Notes: generated by a model not told the origin, from the sequence alone. DNA of 64,000 bases from Verrucomicrobiia bacterium (GCA_031290985.1 JARLJW010000094.1:2368-66367), one strand, 5' to 3'; counted from the stretch's first letter, positions 1 through 9,302 are shown. Made by a program: numbers and translations.

Positions 1-1845
1 GAACCAGACTTCGCGGTCATGCTGCTTCGCGAGCTGCAGAATTTTCTGCTGCCCGGCCAGGGTCGTGATGCCGCCGTCCGCGCCGGTGAAGTTGAATGGA
101 TCGGTGATTACCTTGTGATAGGCAAAATCGCCGACAATCAAAATGATGTCAGGATCTTTGGCCCAAATCACCTCGGCCACGGCCTTGAATTTTTTATAGT
201 AGTCATCATCCACATGCTCCTCATTGCCCAGCTCGATGTATTTCAAATGGTACGGTGCCGGATGACCGTCCGCGACCCGCTTCCTGCCCCACTCGCTATC
301 CGGCTGGCCGTTGAGGTAATCCATCAAATCACTCATGTCCTGGGGCGACTCATTGATATTGAGATCGGGTATGCCGAGAATTCCAGTGGCTTCGCACAGG
401 TTCAAAAAATCAAAAATGCCCCAGCCGTCCGAAGCATACGGATACCATAGCCCCGCATAAGGCGGGCGTTGCGCCCGCGGCCCGATCATTTGCTTCCAGC
501 GATATTCCTGGCTATTGACCATGCTGCCGCCGTAACGGAGAATCGTGACCCCTTGATTGATTAATCCTTCAGCAACGTCCTTGCGCACCGGCAGATCCTT
601 GAAGCGTCCCCACGCACCCGGCTGCAAGAAAACATACCCCACGGAAACCGACCCGGGCTGCTTGAGCTTGACCACAAATCGTCCGGCCTTGTCGGCGGCA
701 TTCGGGGCCAGCTTGAAATCGAGCCGCTGCCAGTCGCCCGCCTTGAGTTTCAATGATTTTTCGGCATAGACCACCGGGCCTTTTGAGCCTTCCAAGGCGA
801 CAAATATTTCCGTTGGCGCTTGGGCCCGCGCCCAAAGATACCCTTCATAGCTTTTGCCTTTCACAAAATTCATGCCCCAGCGGTTGAGGCTTTGATTCTC
901 GATGCCGATGACACCCGAACCGCCGGCAAAAGTGATTTGCTGGCTTTGCTTGCCGGAGAATGCCCCCGGCGATTCCAAGGAAAGACTTCCCTCGACCGCG
1001 CCCTGCCGGACCGGGCGCCACATGCCGCTCACGCTGTCCGCCGGGCTGTTGCCCGCGTCATATTCAAACGCCACTTTTTCCTGCGCTGTGCCGGTGCCCA
1101 CGGAGAGGTTACGAAACGAAACCTTGTGCTGCCAGATCCGCAGCCCCACCGTGCCGGTTTCGAGCGGATGCTCGGTGTCCTCAAATTGCATCAGGCTCTT
1201 GCCGTTGACGAGCACCTCGAACGCTGTGGCCGTCATGCGGACCGTCAGCTTGATCCATTCGTTGACCGGCACGTCGCACGGCACGCGGCGAATCGGTTCC
1301 CAGTTCTGACGATGGCGGCCAACTACTAAAAATCCGGGCCTTTCGAGCGAAACTTCATAGCCGGCGAACACATCCGCGCCGATGCCGGCCTCGGTGACCT
1401 TGAATATCAGCCCCCCATTGCCGCCGCTTGCCTCCGTCAGCTTTACATCCACGCTGACCTCGCCCGCGGACAACGGCTGACCGTCCCAGACAATTTTTGA
1501 ACCATCGCTGCCAGCACCCTGGATGCTGCCATCGTCCGCCGGCGTCCAGCGGCCCGCGTAAGCCTTGAATCCCTTTAACGGCAGTTGGGCGGCGGGTTCG
1601 GCAAAGCTTTCGCCAAAAATCATCTGGCTGTCCAGGCCGCCATAAATCTCGTGGTTCACATCCTCGATGCAGGCCCCGGTCAGATAGGGCGAATTGGTGT
1701 GCAGCACTTGATCCGCATTCACCGTGATGGTGGCGACTTGCGTCTGACCAAGCGCCGTCAGCCCGCTGAGAATTCCCGCCAGGATGGCCGCCGCTTTTAT
1801 CAAACCGGTTTGCTGGTTCATTATATATTTTTGCTTTGTGTTCAT
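1..1845 (-). CDS. Secreted GH51-like (clan GH-A) glycoside hydrolase with an inserted concanavalin/DUF1080-like beta-sandwich. N-terminal 615 codons only; the C-terminus lies left of the window.
   Basis: Absent from the ORF track because it runs off the window edge. Manual minus-strand translation from ATG 1845 (in-frame ATG also at 1821) gives MNTKQKYIMNQQTGLIKAAAILAGILSGLTALGQTQ...CIEDVNHEIYGGLDSQMIFGESF...LRYGGSMVNSQEYRWKQMIGPRAQRPPYAGLWYPYASDGWGIFDFLNLCEA...YIELGNEE. It stays open to nt 1 and is colinear with the 1855..5247 protein. Confidence 0.75.
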   Translation of the reverse strand, partial: MNTKQKYIMNQQTGLIKAAAILAGILSGLTALGQTQVATITVNADQVLHTNSPYLTGACIEDVNHEIYGGLDSQMIFGESFAEPAAQLPLKGFKAYAGRWTPADDGSIQGAGSDGSKIVWDGQPLSAGEVSVDVKLTEASGGNGGLIFKVTEAGIGADVFAGYEVSLERPGFLVVGRHRQNWEPIRRVPCDVPVNEWIKLTVRMTATAFEVLVNGKSLMQFEDTEHPLETGTVGLRIWQHKVSFRNLSVGTGTAQEKVAFEYDAGNSPADSVSGMWRPVRQGAVEGSLSLESPGAFSGKQSQQITFAGGSGVIGIENQSLNRWGMNFVKGKSYEGYLWARAQAPTEIFVALEGSKGPVVYAEKSLKLKAGDWQRLDFKLAPNAADKAGRFVVKLKQPGSVSVGYVFLQPGAWGRFKDLPVRKDVAEGLINQGVTILRYGGSMVNSQEYRWKQMIGPRAQRPPYAGLWYPYASDGWGIFDFLNLCEATGILGIPDLNINESPQDMSDLMDYLNGQPDSEWGRKRVADGHPAPYHLKYIELGNEEHVDDDYYKKFKAVAEVIWAKDPDIILIVGDFAYHKVITDPFNFTGADGGITTLAGQQKILQLAKQHDREVWF

Positions 1846-1854
1846 GCAGGGAGT

Positions 1855-4800
1855 CTATTTGACAATCCGATAAAATGCCTGCCGGCTGGTCATGGGCACT
1901 GTTATCAAAAATGTCCCATTTGTCAGGACGTAGGACGACACCGCTGCCGGTGTCCAAGATGCACCCGCCCCAAGTTGAGCGGAAGTTTGAAGTGAGTAGC
2001 CGGCAATATAATCCGGCCAGGTGAACGCCAGGGTTTGCCCGGCGGTGGCGATGGATAGTTTGGGCATGGGCAAAGAATTGGGGCCTGAGGCATAATCATC
2101 GGCGATTTGCGCCTTCTTCATGGCTCCACTGTACATCCGGAACTCATCGATTGTGGCCACGCCACAATTGTCGCCCGCATAGGAAGATTTGCCGAGATAG
2201 CTATGCGCATTGACGATCGCCGAAATCGACAGGGTCACATTGCTGTTGATCCCCTGCAGAACGCCATTGGTGTAAACAGCCATGTACCCCGCAAGGGAAT
2301 CCCAAATCAGCACCAAATGGATCTTGCCCTGGTTATCCAATATAGGCGGCACGGCAATATTTTGGACGGAGGCATTGCCGGGGTCGGTGCCTGAGACTTC
2401 AAAATTAATGCCGCCGGGCCCATAACCGCTGTGCGGGGTGAAATCCAGGCAGTAACGGCCATTCCCGGTATCAGAGTTGGTGTCGCCAAAGTCAATCAGG
2501 CGACCCCAGGCACTATTGGTTCCGAACGCGACCCAAAACTCAAGCGTCACCGCCGTATAATTGGTGCTCGTGAGCAGATAAGGCGGCAATTCCGCGTAGT
2601 TTGTTTTCTGATTCAAACCGCCCAAAACCAGATTTCCATTCCCATCAATGCGGGCACCACCGTGAATAATGCCATTGGTAACACCCGGCACAGAATCAAC
2701 AAACTGAGTGGAATTGGCCGGTTCGTTAAAGCTCCAACGATGTGTGAGGGCCACCGGTGAAGCCGGCGGCGGCAGCATCGTTTGTCCTTGAAATGTGATG
2801 GTGGTGACGGAGTTTGCAGCAAACGTATAAGTGGTATTGCCGCCATTAAAATGATGCTGCCAACTGATGTTCGCCGGCACGAATCCCAAAGGAGCTTGCG
2901 CGGTGTTGACTGAACTTTGTAATGCCGCGAGCACCTGGACGGCGGCGGCGGGATTCGTTGGTACGAAACCGGAAATATTGATCGTGGCGGATTCCGGGGA
3001 ACTATTGAGATTGACCACCTGCAACACCAGTTGGCTTCCGTCCTGACTGCCTTCCGCACTGACATCCAAATCATTATTTGGATCGGCAACACTGCTCTGA
3101 ATTTCCAGCGGCTGAAAATTGGCCGCATACATCTGGGTCACATAGCCAGGCGGTTGCAACCAGACGTTGGACTGGTTCAGAAACAACAGCCCCTGATCCC
3201 AGCCGTTGTTGTTCTGGCCGTCGGGCTGCAAACCATTGGCCGACGTGGTGATTGGCAGCCGCCCATCCCGTTCAATCGCGTTGATCGCCAGCGCATTGCC
3301 CAAGGCGCGCCGCTGGGAGTGATTGTTCGCGTTCAGTTCAAACACCACCACCTGGTAATTCGCGCCATTGGCAATCTGCCCCAGCGCCGTGTCATACGAA
3401 AACATCCCCGCCAGACTGTTGTCCGCCCCCGGTCCGTCGGTCCACACATGCACATCAAACCACACCGCCCGGTTATTTGTCTGCGCCAGTTGCATAATCT
3501 GCTGGTGCGTCGCCAGGGTTGTGATGCCCGAATCGGCACCGCCGAAATTGAATGGATCGGTGATGACCGAATGATATGAAAAATCCCCGACGACCAGGAT
3601 GACATTCGTGTCCACGGCCCAAATGGCCTGGGCCACGGCTTGAAATTTCTGGTAATAGGTGTTGTTTACCGTCTCCTCATTGCCAAGTTCCAGGTATTTC
3701 AAGTTGTAAGGTTGTGGATGGCCCTCCGCCAGACGTCGCGCGCCCCAAACCGTGTTCGTTGAGCCGTTGGCGTATTGCATAAAATCCGCCATGTCCTGCG
3801 GCGTCTCGTTGATGTTGAAATCTGGAACCGCAAGAAATCCGGCCGCTTCACAGAAGTTCAGGAAGTCAGGAATGCCCCAGCCATCCGAGGAATACGGATA
3901 CCAGGTGCCGGTGTATGGCGGACGTTGATCACGCGGTCCAATCATGTTTTTCCAGCGGTATCCCGGGGCATTGACCATCGAACCACCGTAGCGTAAAACG
4001 GTGACGCCTTGGTTTATCAACCCCTGCACCACATCCTGGCGCACCGGCAACCCCTGAAAACATCCCCAGGGTCCGGGCTGTAAAAACGCATAACCCACCA
4101 CCACCGAGCCGGGCTGTTTCAGCTTGATGCTAAAACGCCCGTTGGCGTCGCTGGCGGCTGGTGTCAGGTTAAAAGCGAGCTGCTGCCAGTTGTTGCTGGT
4201 CACCAAAAGACTTTGCTCCGCATACACTGCGGATCCGTCCGCACTCTCCAATGACACCCAGAGGGTCGCTGGCGCATCGGCCCGCACATCGAGGGTTCCC
4301 GTGTAAGGCTTGCCGCCAACAAAGTTCAGTCCCCAATGGTTCAGCCCCTGATTGGCCAGGCCAATCGTTCCGGTTCCGCCCGTAAAGGAGAGCGCCTGGC
4401 TTTGCATTCCGACAAACACATTCGTGGTCGCCAACGAACCTTGGCCCGCGGCGGTGCCCGTGACGACCGGACTCCACATTCCGCTGATACTTCCATTTAA
4501 ACCATTGCCCGCGACCTGAAAGGGAATGTTGGTGCCATTGATGAAGAGATTTTGAAACTGTGCGTCCTGCTGCCAGGTGCGCAATCCCACCTGTCCGCTG
4601 GTGAGCGGCTGTTGGGTGTCGGTGTATTGCAAAACACTGTTGCTGTTGATGAGGATGTTGAGCGAGGCATTGGTGTATTGCACCTCCAAGGTGATCCATT
4701 GGCCGATGGGGACGGAGCAGGACACCTGACTTAAGGATGTGAAGTTCTGGACATGCCGCCCCAGCACCAAATAACCCGCCGGTGCCAATGAAATTTCATA

Positions 4801-5247
4801 GCCATTAAAAGCATCCGCACCCACGCCGGCCTGGCTGACTTGGAGAATCAAACCCGCATTGCCCCCGGCGTCGCTCGCGAACCACAACTGCACACGGACA
4901 TCCCCGCCCGTCTGGTTAAATCCATTGTCAACCAGCTTGGGCCCGCTGCCGGCCCCCGCCTGCAGCACCCCGTTTACCGGCAGCCAACTGCCACCGTAGG
5001 CGGTAAAGCCTGCCAGTGAGGTCGACGATGAACCCGGCTCCTGGAAACTTTCACCAAAGATCATCTGACTGTAGAGACCGCCGTATATCTCATGATTCAC
5101 ATCCTCAATACACGCCCCCGTCAGATAAGGCGAATTGGTGTGCAGCACCTGGCGGGAATTGACTGATATGCTTGCCAACTGGGCTTTCGCCTGGCTCGGC
5201 GAGCACACGATCGCCAGGGCGATTGCCAATGCGAAAAGTCTGTTCAT
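1855..5247 (-). CDS. Secreted multidomain GH51-like (clan GH-A) glycoside hydrolase with a beta-sandwich insert, a C-terminal LamG (Laminin_G_3-like) domain and a short C-terminal FYRI module
   Basis: The track ORF 1855..5493 overlaps the GRE gene. ATG at 5247 gives a signal peptide, MNRLFALAIALAIVCSPSQAKAQ. Motifs: CIEDVNHEIYGGLYSQMIFGESFQEP, VLRYGGSMVNAPGYRWKNMIGPRDQRPPY, YLELGNEE (GNE acid/base-like). C-terminal LamG: THRWSFNEPANS...IDEFRMYSGAM. Confidence 0.8.
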   Translation of the reverse strand: MNRLFALAIALAIVCSPSQAKAQLASISVNSRQVLHTNSPYLTGACIEDVNHEIYGGLYSQMIFGESFQEPGSSSTSLAGFTAYGGSWLPVNGVLQAGAGSGPKLVDNGFNQTGGDVRVQLWFASDAGGNAGLILQVSQAGVGADAFNGYEISLAPAGYLVLGRHVQNFTSLSQVSCSVPIGQWITLEVQYTNASLNILINSNSVLQYTDTQQPLTSGQVGLRTWQQDAQFQNLFINGTNIPFQVAGNGLNGSISGMWSPVVTGTAAGQGSLATTNVFVGMQSQALSFTGGTGTIGLANQGLNHWGLNFVGGKPYTGTLDVRADAPATLWVSLESADGSAVYAEQSLLVTSNNWQQLAFNLTPAASDANGRFSIKLKQPGSVVVGYAFLQPGPWGCFQGLPVRQDVVQGLINQGVTVLRYGGSMVNAPGYRWKNMIGPRDQRPPYTGTWYPYSSDGWGIPDFLNFCEAAGFLAVPDFNINETPQDMADFMQYANGSTNTVWGARRLAEGHPQPYNLKYLELGNEETVNNTYYQKFQAVAQAIWAVDTNVILVVGDFSYHSVITDPFNFGGADSGITTLATHQQIMQLAQTNNRAVWFDVHVWTDGPGADNSLAGMFSYDTALGQIANGANYQVVVFELNANNHSQRRALGNALAINAIERDGRLPITTSANGLQPDGQNNNGWDQGLLFLNQSNVWLQPPGYVTQMYAANFQPLEIQSSVADPNNDLDVSAEGSQDGSQLVLQVVNLNSSPESATINISGFVPTNPAAAVQVLAALQSSVNTAQAPLGFVPANISWQHHFNGGNTTYTFAANSVTTITFQGQTMLPPPASPVALTHRWSFNEPANSTQFVDSVPGVTNGIIHGGARIDGNGNLVLGGLNQKTNYAELPPYLLTSTNYTAVTLEFWVAFGTNSAWGRLIDFGDTNSDTGNGRYCLDFTPHSGYGPGGINFEVSGTDPGNASVQNIAVPPILDNQGKIHLVLIWDSLAGYMAVYTNGVLQGINSNVTLSISAIVNAHSYLGKSSYAGDNCGVATIDEFRMYSGAMKKAQIADDYASGPNSLPMPKLSIATAGQTLAFTWPDYIAGYSLQTSAQLGAGASWTPAAVSSYVLTNGTFLITVPMTSRQAFYRIVK

Positions 5248-5296
5248 GCCAATTTTTTGCTGTCGGTTCGCTTTTCCCAACAAGTTATGGCCGGCC

Positions 5297-7504
5297 TCAT
5301 CGAGTCGGTTCTCCATAGATATGGCGGCCAATAATCTGATTCTGATAAGCCGCGTCGAGCTCGCAAAAATAGCCGCTCCAGCCCCAGACACGCACCACGA
5401 GATTCTTGTGCCGTTCAGGATGCAACTGAGCATCTTTGAGGGACTCAACGTTAAGGGTGTTGATCTGAAGCTGCTGGCAACCCACGGCGGCAAAAAGGCG
5501 GATCAGCAAGGCCACTTGATGGATCGCCTCGGGATTTCGGAAAACGGTGTCGGACAATTCCAACGTCAGCGGCCCGCCATTGCAGATCCGTTGATAGTTA
5601 ATCTTGCTGTAACTCTTGAATACACTGAAGGGGCCGCGCACCTGCACCCCGGGCGAAGGTGCGAGGCTGGAACTAAAAAAACCGCCGCTTTTTCTGCCAT
5701 CCGCCGTGGCTCCCACCATCGGCTCGGTCATGGCCTCGTGGCCTTGCGCCAGCCAGACATAGAACATGGCCGAACCGCTCCCGGGTCGGAAAATGCCGCC
5801 GCGGCCATTATTGGGGAAGGATTCGCAAGCATCGGCAAACAGGTCAAATAACTTGACCAGCATGGCATCGGCACGTCCATCGTCATTGCCCACCTTGGGG
5901 GCTTCATCGAAGAGCTTTTTCCGCAGCTCCTCATCCTGCTCGAAGTTTGTATCCAGCGCAGCCAACAGGCGCCGGGCAGACAGTCCGCGCTCATCAAACA
6001 CGAAAGTCTTAACCGCCGCCAATGCGTCCGCCGCATTGGATGAACAGGCGCCGTGAATGCCAAAATTGTTATATTCCAGCCCCTGCGAGAGATCACAACC
6101 ACGTTCCAGGCAGCCGTTCATGAGCACGCTATAGTAAGGAGCCGGCGGAAGCAGCAGACGAGCGGAGCGCTCCGCCAGTTTTGCGACCTGCGAGCGCAGG
6201 TTCGCACCCACCCGGCCCAGTATTTTATCGAAGCCATCGCCGGCGGCCAATCCGGAGCGGATGGCGGAGTCAACCGCCGCTGGCATGGAAACCGCGCCGA
6301 TGTTCACGATTTCCATCCCCCGGCCGGGGATGAGAAATTCCCAGCAAGCCGCCACCGAATAGTCACGGGCATCCGCAAGAGCGTAGCCATGCGCCACCAA
6401 CCCCGGAATAACCACGTCGTCATTTGAGTATTGGGGAAATCCCAGGCCGATCTGGGTTAATTCCGCCGCCAGTTCCAGGAGGTCAAGGCCGGTGTCTTTC
6501 GTGACCCGCAGATTTATTTTCGGATCAATCATCCCCACGCCGCGCGCCACGCGCAGCACCATGTACGTCAATTCATTCACGCCGCTGGAGCCGTCGCGTT
6601 TCACTCCGCCGAGCATGAGCGATTGTCCATTGTCGCCTTGTTGGATGCCGGGATACAAATCACTGTCCTTGTTCAAAGACAGGAAAAATTCAGCCAGCAG
6701 TTGTTCGGCGCCATTTAGATCTACTCGGCCCAAATCCAGGTCCCTTTTTAGATACGGCCACATGTATTGGTCAAATCGTCCGAGCCCGCAGTGATAATGT
6801 CCCCCCAGCCACAAAACGGCATGGCCCAGGCGCAGGGCTTGCAGCGCCTCATGAAAGCTGCTTGCGGGTTGCGCGGGCACGCGATAGAGAATTTTGGCCA
6901 GATCATGGCGCTGATTTCGCGAAGCCTCCTCCGCATAACGACACGCCAAATCCAACACCGCATCAATCGTCTCGATGGCGCCGTCCAGAAATTCAACCGC
7001 CTTTGGATCATCTTTCAGTCTGGCGCGGGAGGCGAGCGCAACGTTGCGCCGGCTTAACAGGCCTTGGGACAGAACCATTTCCCAGTCCGCGCAAATGTTG
7101 CTGATCGGCCCCAGTTCGTGCAGCGCGCAGCCGGAGGCCAGGTTCCGCTGTTGGGATTCGCTGTAAACCGGCGGAACGTTTCCGGTCGTCCGCGTAAAGA
7201 CGATTCGCTCCTCCGGGGGAATGACAATTTTCTGGGCCTCGCACATGCGCCGGATCAGGCGCGCGGCCCGCTGCGGCCAGGAGAGCTGTTCGGCGTCGCA
7301 TTCGGCAAGCAAATCCACCTCCGCCGAAGTGCGATATTGCTTGTAATGCCCGTCCCGCAACGCCTGCTTCATTTCCACCAACCGCGGTTCCAATTCAAAC
7401 CGGTTGCGGGCTCTTGAATGGTGGCTTAATTCCACTCCATCAATGCCCGTAACTGGAGGTTTGAACCTTGGATGGGTGATGGGCTCGTTTAAGACGTTAT
7501 TCAT
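5297..7504 (-). CDS. Glycyl radical enzyme (PFL superfamily, Cys-x-Glu eliminase/dehydratase-like), 735 aa
   Basis: C-terminal glycyl-radical loop NLVVRVWGWSGYFCEL (Gly708, codon 5381..5383). Thiyl loop YSVAACWEFLIPG (Cys387, codon 6344..6346; Glu389). The start ATG overlaps the activase stop (ATGA at 7501..7504). Confidence 0.9.
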   Translation of the reverse strand: MNNVLNEPITHPRFKPPVTGIDGVELSHHSRARNRFELEPRLVEMKQALRDGHYKQYRTSAEVDLLAECDAEQLSWPQRAARLIRRMCEAQKIVIPPEERIVFTRTTGNVPPVYSESQQRNLASGCALHELGPISNICADWEMVLSQGLLSRRNVALASRARLKDDPKAVEFLDGAIETIDAVLDLACRYAEEASRNQRHDLAKILYRVPAQPASSFHEALQALRLGHAVLWLGGHYHCGLGRFDQYMWPYLKRDLDLGRVDLNGAEQLLAEFFLSLNKDSDLYPGIQQGDNGQSLMLGGVKRDGSSGVNELTYMVLRVARGVGMIDPKINLRVTKDTGLDLLELAAELTQIGLGFPQYSNDDVVIPGLVAHGYALADARDYSVAACWEFLIPGRGMEIVNIGAVSMPAAVDSAIRSGLAAGDGFDKILGRVGANLRSQVAKLAERSARLLLPPAPYYSVLMNGCLERGCDLSQGLEYNNFGIHGACSSNAADALAAVKTFVFDERGLSARRLLAALDTNFEQDEELRKKLFDEAPKVGNDDGRADAMLVKLFDLFADACESFPNNGRGGIFRPGSGSAMFYVWLAQGHEAMTEPMVGATADGRKSGGFFSSSLAPSPGVQVRGPFSVFKSYSKINYQRICNGGPLTLELSDTVFRNPEAIHQVALLIRLFAAVGCQQLQINTLNVESLKDAQLHPERHKNLVVRVWGWSGYFCELDAAYQNQIIGRHIYGEPTR

Positions 7505-8256
7505 ACGACTCTCACTTTCAGACCTGCGGATTTAAAGCAGGACAAGTTGATGTTTGACCTCTCAGATTCATCAAAAGTCGGCTCGAAAATCATGCCGCAC
7601 GCGGCATATTTGGCGCCGGCAGCCTGGTTATAAGGAAGCAAATCTATCCGCTGCAAACCGGGCATGCCCGCGACCGTCCGGGCAATCGCGGACAAATTAG
7701 CCCCGGTATCGGTCACTCCGGGAATCAACGGCACGCGAATGACAAAGGGAACGCCAAGCTCATTCAAGACGCGGAGGTTCCTTAAGATCGGCTGGTTGTC
7801 CACGCCCGTATGCGCCAGATGCGCGACGGGATCAATGAGCTTCAAGTCAAAGTAAACGAGCTGTGATTTGGCGGCGACCTTGCGAAAACTGTCCTCCTCG
7901 GCATATCCGGAGGTATCCAGCAAAACATGGACCCCCGCTAATTGATCAATCACCTCCGCAAGGAAGTCCGCTTGCGCCAGAGGTTCGCCCCCGGAAAAGG
8001 TCACGCCGCCTTCACCCACGCGCAGCCAAGCGGCCAGACTGTTGAGGCGCACGGCCAATGCCCGGGAACTGAAGGTCACCCCCGCCAAACGTTCGCCGGC
8101 GCTCCCGTGCAGAACCTGCGGTGCAGGCGACTGGCCTTCGGGATTGTGGCACCAGGAGCAGCGCAACGGACAGCCTTTCAGGAATACCGTCACCCGCAGA
8201 CCGGGTCCGTCATGCACGGCAAATTCCTTGATGTCAAACACAACGCCGGTGAGCAT
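7501..8256 (-). CDS. Glycyl-radical enzyme activating protein (radical SAM, short PflA-like form)
   Basis: Motifs FAVHDGPGLRVTVFLKGCPLRCSWCHNPE (CX3CX2C) and GGVTFSGGEPL. ATG 8256 (MLTGVVFDIKEF) is preferred; upstream ATG 8301 is also in frame but overlaps the binding-protein gene. There is no second Cys-rich ferredoxin-like block. Confidence 0.88.
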   Translation of the reverse strand: MLTGVVFDIKEFAVHDGPGLRVTVFLKGCPLRCSWCHNPEGQSPAPQVLHGSAGERLAGVTFSSRALAVRLNSLAAWLRVGEGGVTFSGGEPLAQADFLAEVIDQLAGVHVLLDTSGYAEEDSFRKVAAKSQLVYFDLKLIDPVAHLAHTGVDNQPILRNLRVLNELGVPFVIRVPLIPGVTDTGANLSAIARTVAGMPGLQRIDLLPYNQAAGAKYAACGMIFEPTFDESERSNINLSCFKSAGLKVRVV

Positions 8257-8285
8257 TTGAATTAGCAATAAAGCAAACCGAATTG

Positions 8286-9302
8286 TTATTGGCGCAGCCA
8301 TTGCTTCCAGTTTTGTTCGTATTGCTGCACGTCATCCTTCGTGACCGGGGGCAGTTCCGAATAATCCAGCACGTTCGCCGGATTTTTCCCCAGGATGACT
8401 TTGTCGGCCAGCAACTCCACCGAACGGACGCCCCAGCGGTAGGTCTGCTGGGCGTAAAGTTTCTGGACGACGCCCTTGGTCAGATAGGGCAATTCGGCCG
8501 GCAAGGCATCCATCGCCACAATCTTGACCTTGCCCGGCTCCCATTTCAGCAAAGCATCGGTAAACAAGCTCCACGAACCAATCATCGCCCAGCCATCAAT
8601 GTCGGGATTGGCCGTCTGCACCTCCTCGATTTTGGCGGCGGCATCCTGGGGAACTTCTTTGCTGTAATAGACGCCGCGAATGGTCAGGTTGGGATAATTC
8701 GTGGCTTCATCCAAGGCGCCTTTGATTCGATTCTGAATGTTGCGGGCATTCTGATTTCCGCCCGGGATGGCCACCACGTGTTTTCCCGGCCCCAACACCG
8801 CCGCCAGTTCCCGCATGATGATATGGCCGCATTCGATGTCATCCGTGCCATGATAACAAAAGCGCTTGCTGGCGGGCGCATCGCTGTCAAAGCACATGAC
8901 CGCCACGCCTTGCCCAACGGCCTTGTCAATGGCCGGCGTCAGCGTCTCGGCTTCGCTGCAACTCACGCTGATTCCGTCCACGCCCTGTAAAACCAATTGC
9001 TCGATGTTCTCGACCTGCTTCTGCGCGTCGTCTTCATTGGGCGTGCGCCAGAGCACGGTGATTTTCACGCCCAGTTTTTTGCCCAGCTCGGCGGCCGCAT
9101 CCTCGGCCCCCACCCGCGCCGCCTGAAAAACCGGATTGGACTGGCTTTTGGCCACCAGGGCGAAAGTGTATTCGGACTTTTTCGCGGTTGGTCCCGCGGC
9201 TTCGCCGGCAGCCGGCCCATTTTTCTTTTGATCGCAGCCGGTGATAAACGAAACGGCCAGACCCGCAATTGCGATGGTTTTGAAGAATTGTTGTATTTTC
9301 AT
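8286..9302 (-). CDS. Sugar ABC transporter substrate-binding lipoprotein (RbsB/Peripla_BP_4-like)
   Basis: Lipobox AVSFITGC. Typical periplasmic sugar-binding fold sequence (FALVAKSQSNPVFQAA...DGISVS...). Start overlaps the permease stop (ATGA 9299..9302). Confidence 0.85.
   Translation of the reverse strand: MKIQQFFKTIAIAGLAVSFITGCDQKKNGPAAGEAAGPTAKKSEYTFALVAKSQSNPVFQAARVGAEDAAAELGKKLGVKITVLWRTPNEDDAQKQVENIEQLVLQGVDGISVSCSEAETLTPAIDKAVGQGVAVMCFDSDAPASKRFCYHGTDDIECGHIIMRELAAVLGPGKHVVAIPGGNQNARNIQNRIKGALDEATNYPNLTIRGVYYSKEVPQDAAAKIEEVQTANPDIDGWAMIGSWSLFTDALLKWEPGKVKIVAMDALPAELPYLTKGVVQKLYAQQTYRWGVRSVELLADKVILGKNPANVLDYSELPPVTKDDVQQYEQNWKQWLRQ

Noticed and set aside
19-1329. Track ORFs 19..450, 820..1329, 902..1309 (plus strand) and 1355..1957 (minus strand, different frame)
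   Set aside because: They overlap the manually translated, paralogue-supported minus-strand glycosidase gene (1..1845) and have no motifs of their own.
5248-5493. 5' extension of the GH51-like ORF (track start 5493) overlapping the 3' end of the GRE gene by about 200 nt
   Set aside because: The extension encodes no signal peptide. ATG 5247 gives a canonical signal peptide and leaves a 49-nt gap after the GRE stop. Similar upstream extensions were trimmed for araA (43644 to 43545), galM, the symporter, the ADH, the DUF1559 gene and the second ABC-2 permease.
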